Positions 13,460-26,059 of a stretch of 64,000 nt of DNA are shown here, piece after piece. Both the position numbers and the translations under genes were made by a program. The notes beneath the pieces were generated by a model that was not told the origin of the DNA, searched no databases, and worked only from the letters and a program-made list of their open reading frames with translations. The DNA comes from Macrostomum lignano (taxonomy: Eukaryota). The stretch covers positions 62,001 to 126,000 of the forward strand of contig NIVC01001752.1 of the NCBI GenBank assembly GCA_002269645.1. Direction: 5' to 3'. Position 1 is the first letter of the stretch, and each line of letters starts with the position of its first letter.

Positions 13460-13995
13460 TCTCCTCTCCTCTCTCCTCTCCTCTCCTCTCCTCTCCTCTC
13501 CTCTCCTCTCCTCTCCTCTCCTCTTCTCTCCTCTCCTCTCCTCTCCTCTCCTCTCCTCTCCTCTCCTCTCCTCTCCTCTTCTCTCCTCTCCTCTCCTCTC
13601 CTCTCCTCTCCTCTTCTCTCCTCTCCTCTCCTCTCCTCTCCTCTTCTCTCCTCTTCTCTCCTCTCCTCTCCTCTCTCCTCTCCTCTTCTCTCCTCTCCTC
13701 TCCTCTCCTCTCCTCTTCTCTCTTCTCTCCTCTCCTCTCCTCTCCTCTCCTCTCCTCTTCTCTCCTCTCCTCTCCTCTCCTCTCCTCTTCTCTCCTCTCC
13801 TCTCCTCTCCTCTTCTCTCCTCTCCTCTCCTCTCCTCTCCTCTCCTCTTCTCTCCTCTCCTCTCCTCTCCTCTCCTCTCCTCTCCTCTTCTCTCCTCTCT
13901 CCTCTCCTCTCCCCTGATCTCCTCTCCTCTCCTCTCATCTTCTCTCTTCTTTCCTCTCTTCTCCTCTCCTCTCTTCTCTCCTCCCCTCTTCTCTT
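13460..13995. repeat. (CTCTC)n pentamer repeat
   Basis: Source of the SSPLL/EERRG pseudo-ORFs. Confidence 0.95.
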
Positions 13996-14679
13996 AGCCA
14001 GCTTTGAACTCGAGTCACAATATCAAATCAGATAGTTGTGTCATCTTTACAAGCGTACCACACAGTGGATAAAATATTAAAGTACTTAATTTAATTAACT
14101 ACACCCAATCTAAGTTTGGGAAATGTCTTATTATAAACACACCCCATATGCTACCAACCGTTGCTGCCTAGCTACAAGCATCCTCCATTTTTCTTTGTGA
14201 ATCTTTTCCTCCTGACCCACAGCAACAGACTCTGTGACGCCCGTGATAACAATGGTCTGCTGCTTTGATGGAGCAGAAAATCATTTTTAAATTCGCAAAT
14301 GAACAAACCAGCTCTTTTAAAATTGATTAATTAAACTCCTATGAGCGCAAAAGCTTTTCAAGCGGATTTGTCGGATATTTTTCGAGTTTCTGTCAGTCAA
14401 TTCAACCTTCAATCAGTTTGCTTTTCCAATGCCCTGTGTACATTGAAAATATAGTAGCTCGCTTGCTTGTAGTTGAGAAATTTCTACATAATACTTACTT
14501 GCGCTAGAAACACTTAGTGTCCGACTTGTGTACATAAATTATCTGAATTATAATTTGTAATTTTAATAAACTATGTATTCATAGCACTGCGCGCCCTTCT
14601 GTCATATAAAACACACCTGATTTTGCTGATGTATTCTGAGTCAGACAAGCTAATTCTACGTGACATGTGTCAGTCATTT

Positions 14680-14941
<262 letters not shown>

Positions 14942-15055
14942 GTACAGCTTGGTAAGATAAAAAAGAAAAAAAGTGAAACTGGACTCTCAGCAGACATCTG
15001 GCTTGGTGGATTATTATATTTCTTGTTTCTAATCTTTTTTCATGTCCAATCTGAG

Positions 15056-17126
15056 TCAATAAGCATAGAATGCCGCCTCCGCCACTGTAATAATTTTATT
15101 GGCAGCGTCAGAATATCTGTGATTAATTTTTATGTCCTTGACAGAGTTGTACTTGCACTGGTCCTGAACGGCATAGTATTTGCCTGGAAGATATTTTTTA
15201 TCAAATCGGCAGACCTTCGCATTGTTAGGCATGACAACTACTTGGAGAATCCTGCTGCCCTCTCTGCAGCAGCCGTACTTGCCCCAGACAATGACGCCCC
15301 TCAAGTTTATTGGAGTGCCGAATTTGTATACAAAATGCGTTCCACTTTCTGGATCCGTAGGCTTGGAGTGCAACTTGTGCAGCGCCTGTCCGTAGGAATG
15401 CACGTCATTGTCGATTGTGCGCTCGCAATTCGGCGTGCTCTCCCGGCAGGAGACTTTCACCTTTTCTGAAATGGCAGTTTCGGAGTCGAGGGTGAGGTTC
15501 TCAGAGGCTTATTTTTATTAGAGGCAGGGGGGTTGTGTGCACCCGGGCGCACTTTAAGCGACATTGGCACACAACCGGCGAGAGGCATTACTGCCAATTC
15601 CGCCGACTCCCCTGAGCAGGCATACAAGCGCGCGGATACGTGCGCAGGCACACACTCACACAGGAGTGTACAGCGGCCCTAACTTTATATTATCGTTAGG
15701 CATGTACACTTCACTGCGCCTTGGGGGGTTGGCTCTCAAGGCACGATTGCACGAGCAGAGCCAAGCCGAGATTCCAATTCAGCCCCAAATTAATGTGACT
15801 GCACTTGGAATCGAGCCTGGGTCGCTGGCACACCAGAGCAGCTGCGCTACCGCTGGGCTACGGCCCCCCTTCTCAGAGGCTTACTTAAGAGTGTTCTTTC
15901 GACCTTTCGTTTAAGTTCCAGACTTTCTCGAGGTAAAAGAGACAGAAAATAAATAATCATAATCGATAGCACCTGTCCCATTTGTGCCAGATGTGCAACC
16001 GACAGCTCAGCCGCAGCTATTACCAATGCTCAGTCCAAGGCTTGGGGGTCGCCACACACCCTCAATTACCCCAGCTAATGCTGGCACCCATTTTACAGCT
16101 GGGTGAACTGAAGCAATGCAGAGTTAACTGTCTTGTTCAAGGACACAAATTGTTCCGAGTGGTATCGGGAATAGAACCCCCGACCTTCTAGTCGTGAGTC
16201 CGACGCTCTAACCATTAGGCTACAGCCTAGAATAAGCCTAGAATATTGCAATATTGATATCCAAGGGTTCTCAAGGGGTTTAACGAGCTTGACATAACAA
16301 ACAAGAGAACTGCTGGAAGCTCACTGTAGCAGCGGTTCTCCCCAAAGCTGGCACCGCCGCCAGGGCACAGGTCGCATTTAGTCATGCCGGACCTGATCGC
16401 CAGGGCGAAGTTCCTGTCGCACTGCTGGCATTCGGCTGCACCCTCCGCGTCAGAGAAGGTGCCTGGTGGGCAGGCCTTGCACTGCTTGCTGCCTTCCTCA
16501 GAGAACTGGCCGGCCGGGCAGCGGGTGCAAGCCGAGGCGCCCGCAACTGAGAAGCTGCCGGCAGGGCACGGCGTGCATTCGATCGAACCACTCCGGCTTG
16601 AGAACTTGCCGGCCGGACACGACGTGCAGGCGGCCGCTCCAGCTGGGGAGACGTGGCCCGGCTGGCACTTGCTGCACTTTGCTGCTCCAGCCTTGCTCCA
16701 GGTGCCGGCGGGACACTGAACGCAGGCTGGGGAGCCGCTGAAGCTGATGAAGCTACCGGCAGGGCACGGCGTGCAGCTCGACAAGCCGTCCGTGGAAGCC
16801 ATCGAGCCTTTGGCGCACTTCTGGCAGTTCGCCGAGCCCGAGCTGGCGGCGAAGCTGCCCGGCCAGCACTTAGAGCAGGCGGCGGCCCCGGCGCGGCTGT
16901 ATGAGCCTTTCGGGCACTTCTGGCACTTGGAACTCACGGCTATCTCCCTATAAGTGCCGGCGCTGCAGGGCTCGCAGATGAAGTCCGAGTCATTGCTGAG
17001 CTGGTGGCCCGACAGGCACACGCTGTGGTCTTCACGCTTGTCTCTTGGCAGTTCCTCGGCCAGATTGAGAGATGGTCCGGTCAGAGCGGCCACCAGAGCC
17101 GCGGCAACTAGCAGAGAAAAGTTCAT
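15056..17126 (-). CDS. Secreted protein: signal peptide, 13 CxxC(P)xG cysteine-rich repeats (ephrin-receptor-like/GCC2-GCC3 type) and a C-terminal F-type-lectin/discoidin-like domain, about 403 aa
   Basis: Exon 16325-17126 (ATG of MNFSLLVAAALVAAL; donor GTGAGC, phase 1) joins exon 15056-15465 (acceptor TTTCAG) in frame. Repeats include CTPCPAGSF, CVQCPAGTW and CTRCPAGQF. The last exon reads CERTIDND...LHS...FVYKFGTPINLRGVIVWGKYGCC...IITVAEAAFYAY. Confidence 0.85.
15512..15868 (-). mobile_element. tRNA-derived SINE, family B, copy 1
   Basis: Head GGGGCCGTAGCCCAGCGG with B-box-like GGCTCGATTCC, A-rich tail, and an exact 14-bp TSD TTCTCAGAGGCTTA at 15498-15511 and 15869-15882. Confidence 0.85.
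15969..16224 (-). mobile_element. CORE-SINE family A
   Basis: TAGCCTAATGGTTAGAGCG A box, GGTTCTATTCC B box, CORE and shared tail. Confidence 0.85.
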
Positions 17127-17132
17127 TGCTGA

Positions 17133-17232
17133 GAGTAGATTGTGTGAGTAGATTGTGTGAGTAGATTGTGTGAGTAGATTGTGTGAGTAGATTGTGTGAG
17201 TAGATTGTGTGAGTAGATTGTGTGAATAGTTT
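17133..17232. repeat. 13-bp repeat GAGTAGATTGTGT
   Basis: About 7 copies abutting the start of the Cys-rich/lectin gene. Confidence 0.9.
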
Positions 17233-17577
17233 GTGCACAAGATAGGATCTGGCTAAGGCAGCTACTCATTTTATATCTCAGTAGCTGATCTATCTTTAGA
17301 TAGATAGATTTTTAAAGGGCAAAACTTTCAGTGCAGGATTCAAAGCACTCATAATTCCTATTATTCCAATTATTAGAAAATTCCCACACAGAAAATATCA
17401 ATCTATTTCTTGTTTGAGCTGCAAATTTTGCAAATTTTGAAGGTAAATTGAGAATAATTTCAACTACATTCTGCGCATTAAAATTTAATTTCTAGTTAAG
17501 GGAATGCATTTCTTGATTGTGAAATGTATTTCTTGAGTTGAGCTAAGCTCACCCACCTCACTCCGCACCCACACAGG

Positions 17578-17818
<241 letters not shown>

Positions 17819-18289
17819 CAAACTGTACGCAGACAGCCTCAGCAGGTATTGATGAAAAGGAAAAGCGGGAACACACAAGAGTTGCAAGTCTGGGAAGATG
17901 CAAAGCAATGCAAAGCAGACAGTCCGCGATTCCCTCAGAGAAACTGCGCCCCCTCCCCTTCCTCAGTCTCGAGGTCAATTGCCGGGGGAGCCGGCGCTCC
18001 ATCTCAGAAGCAGAAGTGGATAGAGGAGTAAAAAAAAGAGGCAAGGGAGGAAGAGGGTGAGACGGAGATACCCTCACTTTTGAGTAGCTATGCAAATCTG
18101 CCCCCCGCTAAAGCGACTGGAAAACCTATTAAAGAAGAATTGCTCGCGTGTTCTCGACGCTCAGGAAGTGTGGGGCTCGTGCATTTCTCTTCTGGTAGGG
18201 GGATCTCTACAGAAATGGGGATCCATTCATTCAAGATTTTGAACAAGAGGACGCCCTGTGTTAGTTTCTTTGAGACTATCAGATCTCAA

Positions 18290-18572
18290 GCCTTGGCCTT
18301 AGCCTTGGCCTTAGCCTTGGCCTTAGCCTTGGCCTTAGCCTTGGCCTTAGCCTTGGCCTTAGCCTTGGCCTTAGCCTTGGCCTTAGCCTTGGCCTTAGCC
18401 TTGGCCTTAGCCTTGGCCTTAGCCTTGGCCTTAGCCTTGGCCTTAGCCTTGGCCTTAGCCTTGGCCTTAGCCTTGGCCTTAGCCTTGGCCTTAGCCTTGG
18501 CCTTAGCCTTGGCCTTAGCCTTGGCCTTAGCCTTGGCCTTAGCCTTGGCCTTAGCCTTGGCCTTAGCCTTAG
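18290..18572. repeat. 12-bp perfect repeat GCCTTGGCCTTA
   Basis: About 23 copies of alternating GCCTTG/GCCTTA. Confidence 0.95.
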
Positions 18573-19036
18573 CCACAGGCACTCGAAAAATGGCATGGCA
18601 GACAATCCGGAGCCACCCACCATCTGTTAATTGCTGCATCAGAGGAGAAATTGCAAACACAACACAATAGAACTGTGGAAGACTGTTTTGAAGCAGAATT
18701 TCCTCCAAAGCCGGCTGTCTATTGTGTTTCCTTCTGTGGCCTTGGGCTCACCGGTTTGACTTCCCTAATAGAGGAAACACAGAATTGCAGAGCTGACAGA
18801 ATAAGTGGGGCTGACACATGTCACAGTTCGCGCTTTCCCGTAACCGCAGCGGCCTGACTGCAAGAATTCTGCAGTCCAATATTTGATTTATGGCTCTCAT
18901 AAGTGTCTAGGATAATCCGCGGGAGGATTATCGATTTTCGGGTCGGATTTGTGCGAGTAAAAAGTTGCAAACGGGACAGAAAAGTGCTGCGGTGTGACAG
19001 AGGAAGGGACATCTGCTGCGGATTAGGGCTCGGGTA

Positions 19037-19381
<345 letters not shown>

Positions 19382-19824
19382 AAAATTAGGCACCTTGTAC
19401 CTCTTAACTCCTACAGGTATTGTAGATGAATCATCATATCTAATGTGTTTTCCGAAATAACAAATTTTCGAAAGCTTGCAAATTGGACTGATTAATGGGT
19501 TTCCAATGACCCAGCTAGTAAGAAATGCTTCGTGTCTAAAATAACACTATAGCTTTCACAAATCTCCTTGATAACGAGCAGGCGCCACATTAAATTCTAA
19601 CTCTTTAACTGGAACTTCGGGAGAAAAGGTGTGAAAGTTATTGGCACCGGATTACTGTTTCGTAGCATCCATTGCAAAGAATTCGGTTCTTCTGCATCCT
19701 TATCGATGGTACAATAACTCTCTATTTAGACCTGATTAAGATTACGAACAATATTTGTCACGCCTGAAAATAGGACAGCCAAGACCAATGTACACCCTTG
19801 ACAGGGTTGCGGATCGGCTTTCAG

Positions 19825-20452
19825 CTTTCTCTCTCCACTCTCCCTGTCTCCCTTTCTTCCTCTCCCTTGTCTCCCCCTCTCTCTCCCTATCTCCCTCTGC
19901 CTTTCTTCTTCTCTCCCTCTGCCCTGTCTCTCTCTTTAGCTCTTCCTGTTTCCCTCTCTCCTGCTATCATTTTCCCTGTCTACTTCTCTCCCTCCATTCT
20001 CCCTGTCTACTTCTCTCCCTCCATTCTCCCTGTCTACTTCTCTCCCTCCATTCTCCCTGTTTCCCTCTCTCCTGCTATCCTTTTTCCTGTCTACTTCTCT
20101 CCCTCCATTCTCCCTGTCTACTTCTCTCCCTCCATTCTCCCTGTTTCCCTCTCTCCTGCTATCCTTTTTCCTGTCTACTTCTCTCCCTCCATTCTCCCTG
20201 TTTCCCTCTTTCCCTCCATTCTCCCTGTCTGCCTCTCTCCCTCTCCCTTTCTTCCTCTCCCTCTTCCTGTCTCCCTCTCCCTGTCTCCCTGTCTCCCTGT
20301 CTCCCTCTCTCCCTGTCTCCCTCTCCCTGTCTTCCTCTCCCTGTCTCATTTTCCCTCTCCCTGTCTCCCTCTCTCCCAGTCTCATTTTCCCTGTCTCCCT
20401 CTCTCCCTGTCTCCCTCTGTCCCTGTCTCCCTCTCCTTCTCCCCATCTCCCT
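19825..20452. repeat. CT-rich low-complexity/tandem array
   Basis: CTCCCTCCATTCTCCCTGTCTACTTCT-type units and CTCCCTGT. Confidence 0.88.
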
Positions 20453-21062
20453 CGGTTTCATGGGTAAGAAATCCAACACTGACATTACCGATTGCTCAGC
20501 ACAGCATCAGCAGTTTAGCAGGAACACGCAGAAAAGTTTGCAACACAAGAAAATTACAGGCTGTCACTGCAGTCTCATTACCAGACCACTCCGGTCACAA
20601 ACATGAAAACACGGCTCTTCAAATTCCGCTACGGCACAATATTGATCTCAGTGTTCGATCATCTCAACGGCAAGAGATTGCTCATCTGTGCTATCATGGT
20701 CACTCGATCTCCGCTCCATCTTCTCTTTCATAGCCGACAATTCGATTCCGATTTGATGAAGAGAGCAGAAGCTGATGCCGATGCTGCATGCCGGGGATGC
20801 CATGGATTACGTCATCAGGGGTCCTTGGGCTCGCTGTTTGGCTGGAGAAAATTTGAGCATTAATAGGAGGGAGCACTGGGCACGCTCAAACGCGCTTTGA
20901 AGGAAATTCTCAGACCAGCGTGTCAGCGACAGAGACAGGCTGTGTTGGGGAGCTGCGGATTGAAGCCAGGATTGAATGGGGATGGCTGAGGAAATGAGAT
21001 TGCTGCTGCAGCTGCTGGGCCTGACACCCGTGACTGCGGCTGACAGCTGTGTTGGGCATGAA

Positions 21063-22070
<1,008 letters not shown>

Positions 22071-22424
22071 GCAGTAGTCATGAAATCGTAGAAATGCATT
22101 GCTGGAGAATAATTTCAGTATCGCAGTCACACAATCATTGATTATTATCCGAGTGAGTGACTTAACTCTAAATGCAGAGGCAGCTGCACACCATTGGAAT
22201 CAATGTGACTCAATACCTGTCAGACGGAGTTGAAGCCACAGCCTCATTTCTCAAAGCCACTTCGCTCCGTTGCTGCGCAAACGAACCATATGAGCCAACT
22301 TTGCTTAGCAAAACTTCAATAGAATCAGAAAGCAGGTAAGAAATACGAGTTTAAAATCGAATTCATCCCCTTCGTTCAATGGGTAGACGGTGGCACTTTA
22401 AATGTGTGGACGGGCACCGAACTG

Positions 22425-23025
22425 AGTGTCAGTAAGCTACAAACTGGGTGTCAGTAAGCTACAAACTGGGTGTCAGTAAGCTACAAACTGGGTGTCAGTA
22501 AGCTACAAACTGGGTGTCAGTAAACTACAAACTGGGTGTCAGTAAGCTACAAACTGGGTGTCAGTAAGCTACAAACTGGGTGTCAGTAAACTACAAACTG
22601 GGTGTCAGTAAGCTACAAACTGGGTGTCAGTAAGCTACAAACTGGGTGTCAGTAAGCTACAAACTGGGTGTCAGTAAGCTACAAACTGGGTGTCAGTAAA
22701 CTACAAACTGGGTGTCAGTAAGCTACAAACTGGGTGTCAGTAAGCTACAAACTGGGTGTCAGTAAGCTACAAACTGGGTGTCAGTAAGCTACAAACTGGG
22801 TGTCAGTAAGCTACAAACTGGGTGTCAGTAAGCTACAAACTGGGTGTCAGTAAGCTACAAACTGGGTGTCAGTAAGCTACAAACTGGGTGTCAGTAAGCT
22901 ACAAACTGGGTGTCAGTAAGCTACAAACTGGGTGTCAGTAAGCTACAAACTGGGTGTCAGTAAGCTAAAAACTGGGTGTCAGTAAGCTAAAAACTGGGTG
23001 TCAGTAAGCTACAAACTGGGTGTCA
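22425..23025. repeat. 22-bp minisatellite GTCAGTAAGCTACAAACTGGGT
   Basis: About 27 near-identical copies. Confidence 0.95.
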
Positions 23026-23654
23026 AGCTCTAAATCTGGTGGCAGACAAGGTCAAATATAACCTTGACCTGTTGCGTCACACCTGAAGCCAATGCCAGGC
23101 ATTCAGGCACTTTAATAAGCTCATTATTGCACCCGCAGTCACGGACTGGGGCAGCAAAGCATTGAATTAAAATTATGATGAATACAATAAGAAGTTATGC
23201 ACCAGCACAATAGGCACTAATATCCCAAAAGTCATGCAAAGTTTTTCTTCCGACAATGTCCAAACCGCATAGCCGAGCCTTCAGGCAATTGCTAAAGAAG
23301 GAATCCAGCCTCTAAAACAGAGAAGGGCGAATGACTCACCGCTCTTCGAGTTCCGCTCGAAGACTAAATTATCGGACGAATCGAGAGGTTTGAGCACTGC
23401 AGTGGGGGGCAAATCGAGTTAATCCTTTATCCCTCGCATTCTCGCGTCATCGCATTCTGGGAAGAGGGGGCTGAGGAGCGGAGGAGAGGGGGAGTGTGGC
23501 GATGAGGGGATTCTGGACGAGCTGATGAAGAGCGGACACTCAGGTTGCCGGGGCTTTGTGGGGACCTGCTAGCGTTCTGTCTGGCAAGTCTGCATTTCCT
23601 ATGACAGTCGCTGAGCTGGCGTTGATATCGGATCTGGAGGGTGGAAGTTCTGCT

Positions 23655-24000
23655 GTAGGAATGGCGCCAAATCTATTGTTGAAATGGCGCCAAATCTAAT
23701 TTTTGTGATTAGCGCAAAGTCTGTTGCAAGGATGGCGCAAAATCTACTGTAGGAATGGCGCAAAATCTACTGTAGGAATGGCGCAAAATCTACTGTTGGA
23801 ATGGCGCCAAATTTACTGTAGTAATGGCGCCAAATCTACCGTAGGAAGGGCGCCAAATATAATGTAGGAATGGCGCCAAATCTACTATTGGAATGGCGCT
23901 AAATCTACTGTTGGAATGGCGGCATATCTACGGTAGGAATGGCGCCAAATCCATTGTAGAAATAGTGCCAAATCTCTGTAGGAATGGCGCCAAATCTACT
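23655..24000. repeat. 23-bp minisatellite GTAGGAATGGCGCCAAATCTACT
   Basis: Degenerate copies. Confidence 0.88.
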
Positions 24001-24659
24001 TACTTGACTGACTTTCTTCCTGACTCGCATCATCGTTACGACTTTCTTTATTGCTTAAACTTCGCACACAATCTCTAAATTACAAAAACTAAAAACAACA
24101 GAACTCAGTTAAAATTTATCAGCGCTTCCATTCCAGTTTTTGTCCAGTCCAGTAGTCCTTGAAGGCGCAGCCCCCCCCCCCCCGAGGCGATGCTTTTACA
24201 ACTACTAAAAGCTACTAACAATCGGGTAGATTCAGTCCGTCAGTCGAAATCCACTCTACTGAGCAGAGAGGGCCTTATTTGTGGTTGTGCAATGCAGCCA
24301 AATACAGTAGTTAGTGGCTGTTACGAGGACATCAATTCATTTAAGCATGGGTACCAGTGGACAGTTGCATTATTGCTGCAGAAGGCGGGAGGGTCATCAT
24401 TCAACAGCACCCACCCCCTAAGTGGCACTCGCGGGAAACTGCAGTTTATAACGCCCGCTTTTAATTTGCTGCTTTCTATATATTATAATCCTTAAATGAC
24501 TAATCCGGATAATCCCCTTTGGTTAATCCTCTTTAATCGTATGGCCGTCGTTATTTAAATAGATTCTGAATGGCCAGACAGATGCCTGCTCTGTAGGAGT
24601 GAGTTGAAAATATGGGAGCTGTTGGTTTCAGATTGCTTTTGCGCACAGAACGCCATGAA

Positions 24660-25160
24660 GCGTGCTCAAAATGTCACAGTGTGCTCAACGGGTCACACAG
24701 TGTACTCAAAGAGTCGAAGGGTGCTCTCCAAGAGTCATAGTGTGCTCAACGGGTCACAGTGTGCTCAATGGGTCACAGTGTGCTCAATGGGTCACAGTGT
24801 GCTCAAGGAGTCAAAGTGTGCTCAATGGGTCACAGTGTGCTCAAGGAGTCAAAGTGTGCCCAATGGGTCACAGTGTGCTCAATGGGTCACAGTGTGCTCA
24901 ATGGGTCACAGTGTGCCCAATGGGTCACAGTGTGCTCAAGGAGTCAAAGTGTGCCCAATGGGTCACAGTGTGCTCAAGGAGTTAAAGTGTGCTCAATGGT
25001 TCACAGTGTGCTCAAGGAGTCAAAGTGTGCCCATGGGTCACAGTGTGCTTAAGGAGTCAAAGTGTGACCAATGGGTCACAGTGTGCTCAAGGAGTTAAAG
25101 TGTGCTCAATGGGTCACATTGTGCTCAATGGTCACACTGTGCTCAAACGGTCACAGTGTG
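24660..25160. repeat. 19-bp minisatellite GTGTGCTCAATGGGTCACA with a 20-bp AGGAGTCAAA variant
   Basis: Visible directly. Confidence 0.9.
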
Positions 25161-25757
25161 CTTATAGGATCCCAGTGTACTCAAAGGATCGTATAGTCCT
25201 CAATAAAACGCCCGTATATCTTCGTCAAAAAATTTTGATTAAATTTTGAAACCTTCAAACCGCGGCAAGGCAAGTGGGTTCCGGGCGCCAGTTGAACAGC
25301 AGGTCTTTGTTCCCTCAGCTCCAGTTTATAATGGGGCAATATAATGATGGACAAGAATATGTCAAGCTAAAGTAAACACACGACATGACGAGACCATGGT
25401 AGCGCTGACTTTGTGAATAAACAATGCGGTGATGATATGGTATAATTTGAACTCCATTTGACTGCCTATGGCTGTCTCCCTCTCGCATCCCTCGTCAACG
25501 CTTCTAAAAGTAATTAAAGGCCATCTGGTCAACCGTTCCGTTATGGCAGATCAAAGCGACTTTGATCAGGACCTCGCCAATACTGCAGAATCCGCGGAAG
25601 CCATAAAGTTTAACAGGAGACAATTGCTTCGTTGTTAAGGGCTCCTGTCTAAATCGTCTTGCATGGCAACTGGCTTTAATTTCTAATTTAATTTTAATAA
25701 GCCATAGATAATATAACAAGTCTAAGAGATTCTTTGATGGATTGCTTGCTTTCCAAT

Positions 25758-26059
25758 TGACGTGTCGTCGATTGAATGAAACAAGTCTAGCTTAATTATG
25801 CATGGTCAAAATGCTGTTGTATTTCACGATTTCAAAGCGAGAGAAAACTAACGATATATAGCAAACACGATAGTGATAATATTGGGGTGGTTGGTGCAGT
25901 GCGCGCACAGAAGGCAAAAAATAAATAAAGTGCTTAGAGTGAATACGTACATCTGAACACTTCGGGTGTAAGAAGGCATTGGCTCATTGGTTCAATAAAA
26001 TATATACTCGTAGATCAATAACTCAAGAGTCTGACCCTGCAAACCAACACGCCGCCTCA
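25758..26059 (-). repeat. 3' LTR
   Basis: 302 bp, directly preceded on the minus strand by the PPT GAGGGGGGAGA. Confidence 0.95.

Noticed and set aside
18290-18572. Interstitial telomere-like hexamer repeat
   Set aside because: TAAGGC/CAAGGC is neither TTAGGG nor TTAGGC; treated as an ordinary 12-bp satellite.
22425-23025. CRISPR-like appearance of 22-36 bp repeat arrays
   Set aside because: Units are contiguous with no unique spacers, there are no cas genes, and the context is eukaryotic.
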